Source: Eubacteriales bacterium (lineage in GTDB: Bacteria > Bacillota > Clostridia > Oscillospirales > CAG-272). Taken from it: a DNA stretch of 64,000 bases. Below the pieces are notes generated by a model. It did not search any database. It was not told where the DNA came from and saw only the letters and a program-made list of their open reading frames with translations. The stretch spans positions 85,236 through 149,235 of the forward strand of contig JAZKYO010000030.1 of assembly GCA_045612185.1 (NCBI GenBank), written 5' to 3'. Position 1 is the first letter of the stretch. Each line of letters opens with the position of its first letter. Made by a program: the position numbers and the translations under genes. Shown here piece after piece: positions 60,161 through 64,000 of this stretch.

Positions 60161-61333
60161 ATGCAAAATTCCAATATTTCACCAGAGTATACGCTTGCTT
60201 CGTTATTAGTTTCGGCGGCTGAAAAGAAGGTTTTGAAGAAAGCCGTTCTTTCAAAGCCCTCGGACAAAAGTGTTGTTCGCGCGGTAATTACCAAAAAGAT
60301 TATTTCGGGCAAGGATGTACTACAGGTTGAAAAATTCACCGCTGACAACAAGGCGCTTCACACAAACATTCACGTTTCTGACGTTGACGCTATCTCCGAG
60401 CTGTTTGCGGACTTTTCACAGATCAATCTTATAACCACCGCTGGAGACGCAGAATTAAAGCGATCAAAGGGCGGCAAGGTCACTTTGATTGGAGACAAAA
60501 AGCTTTCTCGGGCGCTTGAGGGCGAGCTTACAAACGCCATTCCCGACGAGGGAAACGACAAGGAGAAATCCCGCATTTTAAGCGGTGCCGAGCCTTTCTT
60601 AAAGCTTTTGGGCGTAAGCGACGAAAACGGACGTGTTTTTGACCGCAAGCGTTCAAAATTCAAGCAGATAAACAGATTTCTTGAGCATATAAGAGACGTG
60701 GTTAAAAATCTCCCCGACAGCGGCACGCTTTACGTATGCGACCTTTGTTGCGGAAAAAGCTATTTGTCTTTTGCCGCATATCATTACTTAAAAAACGTTC
60801 TCGGACGCGAGGTAATTATGGACGGCGTTGACCTCAAGGCTGACGTTATCGACTACTGCAACGGAATAAGCTCTCTACTTGGCTTTGACACGCTGAGGTT
60901 TATTTGCGGAGACATTACCAAGTACGAACCCCAAAATGCCCCGTCTTTGGTAATCTCGCTTCACGCCTGCGACACCGCTACCGACGTGGTGCTTGGCAAG
61001 GCTATTGAGTGGGGGGCAAAGGTTATTCTTTCAACACCATGCTGTCACCACGAGCTTAATCATACCATAAACTGTCCTGCGCTTGCTTTTGTCACCGAGC
61101 ATTCAATGCTCCGTCAAAAGCTCTGCGACGCCGCTACCGACGCACTGAGGCTAAAACTGCTTGAGGCTAACGGATATATTACCGATGCGCTTGAGCTTAT
61201 TGACCCTGAGGAAACTCCGAAAAACATAATGCTTCGCGCAATAAAGCGATACTCGCCCGAAGCACCGAGATGCAAAAAGGCTCTTGAAGAATACAAAAGC
61301 GCGAAAGCCTTTCTTCTGGGGGAGACAAAATGA
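60161..61333 (+). CDS. Class I SAM-dependent methyltransferase
   Basis: KFKQINRFLE, DLCCGKSYL, SLHACDTATD, PCCHHE, TPKN. Confidence 0.88.
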   Translation: MQNSNISPEYTLASLLVSAAEKKVLKKAVLSKPSDKSVVRAVITKKIISGKDVLQVEKFTADNKALHTNIHVSDVDAISELFADFSQINLITTAGDAELKRSKGGKVTLIGDKKLSRALEGELTNAIPDEGNDKEKSRILSGAEPFLKLLGVSDENGRVFDRKRSKFKQINRFLEHIRDVVKNLPDSGTLYVCDLCCGKSYLSFAAYHYLKNVLGREVIMDGVDLKADVIDYCNGISSLLGFDTLRFICGDITKYEPQNAPSLVISLHACDTATDVVLGKAIEWGAKVILSTPCCHHELNHTINCPALAFVTEHSMLRQKLCDAATDALRLKLLEANGYITDALELIDPEETPKNIMLRAIKRYSPEAPRCKKALEEYKSAKAFLLGETK

Positions 61334-62502
61334 CATCCACAAACGCTGAAAAAATGATTACCAAGGCTACTGCCACCGACTCGGTGGAAAACTTAGGCAA
61401 GCTATTAAAAAAGTTGGGAAATCCCGAAAAAAAGCTTGGTATAATCAAGGTTTTGGGTGAATCGGGCAAGAGCTCTGTATGCGCGCTTCTCTCTGCGGTT
61501 TTAAGTGCGGCAGGATACAGGGTTGGGCGTTTGGTTACTCCAATTATACATTCCGTTCCCACAAGCATTTGCGTGAGCGAGCGACATGTTTCGATTGACC
61601 GCTTTACAGACTCCGCGAGCAATGTTCACAAGGCGGTTATGGATTTAAAAAAAGAATCGGAAGCCGATTTTGAACTGTCGGCAAGCGACCTGCTTTTCGC
61701 CACCGCTTTTGACGTTTTTTATGAGACAGACTGTGACTTTGCGGTTATTGAGATACCTATAGGCAATCTGTCGCACATCGTTTTCGGTAAGCCTTTAATA
61801 AGCGTTATTACGTCCACCAGCGACGCGCTTGCCGCAAGAAGTGTTTGTGCGCGCATTGACCGCGACAGCGGAGAAGTAGTCACCGCTATTCAGAACAGAG
61901 ACGTATACGACGTAATATTCAACAAATGCGCCGAAATCAACTGCCGTCTCAGTATGCCGCTTAAAAAGGCTTTTCACGTCATGTCGTCTTCCGTTAAGCG
62001 CACCGATTTTACCTATCACGGCACTGCTTACTCGGTTGCCGGAGGCGCGTATTATCAAATAGAAAATCTGCTTACCGTATTTGAGGCGACAGAGGCGCTC
62101 AGGCGCAATGGAATTAAAATTCCCGGTACAGACATTTGTTCGTCGGTGCTTGGCGAGGAAATGCCGCTCAGATTTGAGCCAATTTCGGTCATGCCCACCA
62201 TAATAGTTGACAGAGCTGACACCGATAGCAGACGAATGGCGCTTTTAAATGCTTTAAAAAAGCTTGAAATGTTTATTTCCAAAAAGCCGATTGTAATTTG
62301 CGAACGGCAAAATCAGGTTATCCAAGAGGATTTTACCGCTTTTGGCTTTGACGTCGCTGTTGTGGAGATTCCCAAACAAGGCACAAGAAAGCTTTTACGC
62401 CCCATTTTGAAAGAGCTTGGCGAAAGTGACACCGTGATTGTTCTTGGAAGCTCCGCCTACTGCGAGCATATGGCTAAAATAATAAGAGAAATACTTATGT
62501 AA
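61330..62502 (+). CDS. FolC/Mur-ligase-like protein with degenerate catalytic motifs
   Basis: LGNPEKKL, GESGKSSV, GYRVG, DFAVIE, YQIEN, LRFE align with the FolC layout. Confidence 0.75.
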   Translation: MTSTNAEKMITKATATDSVENLGKLLKKLGNPEKKLGIIKVLGESGKSSVCALLSAVLSAAGYRVGRLVTPIIHSVPTSICVSERHVSIDRFTDSASNVHKAVMDLKKESEADFELSASDLLFATAFDVFYETDCDFAVIEIPIGNLSHIVFGKPLISVITSTSDALAARSVCARIDRDSGEVVTAIQNRDVYDVIFNKCAEINCRLSMPLKKAFHVMSSSVKRTDFTYHGTAYSVAGGAYYQIENLLTVFEATEALRRNGIKIPGTDICSSVLGEEMPLRFEPISVMPTIIVDRADTDSRRMALLNALKKLEMFISKKPIVICERQNQVIQEDFTAFGFDVAVVEIPKQGTRKLLRPILKELGESDTVIVLGSSAYCEHMAKIIREILM

Positions 62503-62538
62503 AAAAGAAACGAAAGCTACTGCTTTCGTTTCTTTTTA
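62501..62538. terminator. Bidirectional terminator
   Basis: AAAAAAGAAACGAAAGC-TACT-GCTTTCGTTTCTTTTT. Confidence 0.85.
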
Positions 62539-62539
62539 T

Positions 62540-63850
62540 TTAATTTTGAATTTCTTTAACGAATTTATTCCACTTAATAAGCGCAGCTACAAGGCAAAGC
62601 GAGGCTAATGCAAGGCAGACTATCCACATAAGCACTGTTTGCCAGAGTGGCAGGCGTTCAACAGCGTGGCTCATAGCGTAGGATGATATGGCGCTTCCTC
62701 CGTAGCCCACTGCGTTGGCAAGCCCCGAAACAGTCGCGGCAAATGCGAATTTTGAAAATTTCATAGGCACAAGCGACACGCTGTAATGACCGAAAGAAAG
62801 CTGGAGAATATAGACAAGTCCATAGGTAATCACAAATATTGCCGAGTCCACATAAGCCCCAAACATATATCCGTCGCCCTTAGCAAGCGTAAGCACAAGC
62901 ATTACAGCCATTGGCAAAAGCGAAGCCATCATTGAAAAGAGCGCGCTTTTCATATCGTTGCGCTTGAACACCTTTATATAAAGGAGGTTTCCAAAAACAA
63001 CGCCGAGCGACCCCACTATGGGAATAACAGAGTCAAGCAGAGCCGCGCCAGCCGAGGAAAGTCCGTATTCCTTTGACAGTATGCTTGGAACAAGCTCCAC
63101 AACTCCGTTAAGGAAAAGTCCGTAAACGAGCATCGCCGGAAGCATGAGGATAACTCCGCTTTTACAAATCAAGCCGAAAAGCCCTTGCTTTTTTTCTGTG
63201 AGCTCTCCTTCAATCAGCTGCTCACGTGCTTCTTTAACTAAGTCTTTTTTTATGACAAGGCTTGCAGATATCCACAGAATTGCCACAGCAAGGATTATCG
63301 AGGACGCCATAAAAAAGACGTTTTGCCACCTTCCAAAGCTTATAGCAAGCCCCGACAGCCACGCACAAGATGCTTTTCCAATCGGCGTACACAACGTAAC
63401 CACAGTTATTGCGGTAAGCCTCACTTTAGTATGAAGAAGATTCGATATTATGTAGAATATAGGACACCACAGCATTGACTGTCCGAATCCGTTAAGTGCC
63501 CACACGAAAATTCTTATGGGCGTGGGCATATTGAGCATCATTGCCGCATTGGCGGCGGCAATTATTAAAAGCCCGGTTCCCACAAGCACAAACGGCGGTC
63601 TTTTATCGGCGGCGGCTCCGTTTATAAGCTGACCAACCGCATAACAGCCAAAATATACCGCGCTGAGGATTCCCGCAGTTCCCACGTCGACAACGCCCTC
63701 CGCGAGCATAGTCGACCTTGCGTAGGCGAAATTTCCCCTTGCAATATAAACCGCACTGTACACCAAAAAGCACAGCGCGAACATCCATTTACTTGAAGAA
63801 AGCCCCGATTCACGGGGCTTTTGCTCATTAAGTTCCATTTTAAGCTCCAA
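62540..63850 (-). CDS. MFS transporter (GlpT/UhpT-like)
   Basis: About twelve hydrophobic segments; YIARGN, YAVGQLINGAAAD, NGFGQSMLW; start uncertain. Confidence 0.85.
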   Translation of the reverse strand: MELKMELNEQKPRESGLSSSKWMFALCFLVYSAVYIARGNFAYARSTMLAEGVVDVGTAGILSAVYFGCYAVGQLINGAAADKRPPFVLVGTGLLIIAAANAAMMLNMPTPIRIFVWALNGFGQSMLWCPIFYIISNLLHTKVRLTAITVVTLCTPIGKASCAWLSGLAISFGRWQNVFFMASSIILAVAILWISASLVIKKDLVKEAREQLIEGELTEKKQGLFGLICKSGVILMLPAMLVYGLFLNGVVELVPSILSKEYGLSSAGAALLDSVIPIVGSLGVVFGNLLYIKVFKRNDMKSALFSMMASLLPMAVMLVLTLAKGDGYMFGAYVDSAIFVITYGLVYILQLSFGHYSVSLVPMKFSKFAFAATVSGLANAVGYGGSAISSYAMSHAVERLPLWQTVLMWIVCLALASLCLVAALIKWNKFVKEIQN

Positions 63851-63853
63851 ATA

Positions 63854-64000
63854 CTATTTTTTCAGCATATACTCAAGCAAGTTCCAGAGCCTTTCGGCGG
63901 AGGCGATATTCAGCTTTTCGCCCGGAGAATGGAGCGCTATTATATCGGGACCTATGGAAATAATATCCATATCGGGAATATTGGCGCGTATAAGTCCACA
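63854..64000 (-). CDS. pepD: C-terminus of M20 dipeptidase (PepD-like); 5' part outside window
   Basis: Manual translation CGLIRANIPDMDIISIGPDIIALHSPGEKLNIASAERLWNLLEYMLKK*. Confidence 0.75.
   Translation of the reverse strand, partial: CGLIRANIPDMDIISIGPDIIALHSPGEKLNIASAERLWNLLEYMLKK

Overview
Chromosomal segment of a spore-forming, saccharolytic Clostridia-type Firmicute. The taxonomy is inferred from gene content (addAB, ctsR-mcsA-mcsB-clpC, large SRP RNA upstream of dnaX-ybaB-recR, SleC, type II GalT, PlsY). Housekeeping blocks alternate with carbohydrate-catabolic blocks carrying five AraC-type regulators, five Gfo/Idh/MocA oxidoreductases, GH10, GH151-like and GH39-like hydrolases, an IlvD/EDD + DHDPS-family + SDR sugar-acid operon and an LctBCD-type LDH/Etf module. 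One tRNA-Arg(ACG) is present. I found no CRISPR array, prophage, integrase or transposase. Two edge-truncated genes absent from the ORF track were read by hand (1..1005 and 63854..64000). The best candidates for undescribed biology are: (1) a cytoplasmic sialidase-fold beta-propeller fused to an AraC DNA-binding domain; (2) a SleC germination locus whose pro-region appears to be a separate gene; (3) a metallophosphoesterase/TIM-barrel fusion; (4) a non-phosphorylative sugar-acid route in an anaerobe; (5) an intact but catalytically degenerate FolC paralogue; (6) a ~130 bp nested palindromic element. All family calls come from motif recognition only; no database searches were run, so novelty is unverified.
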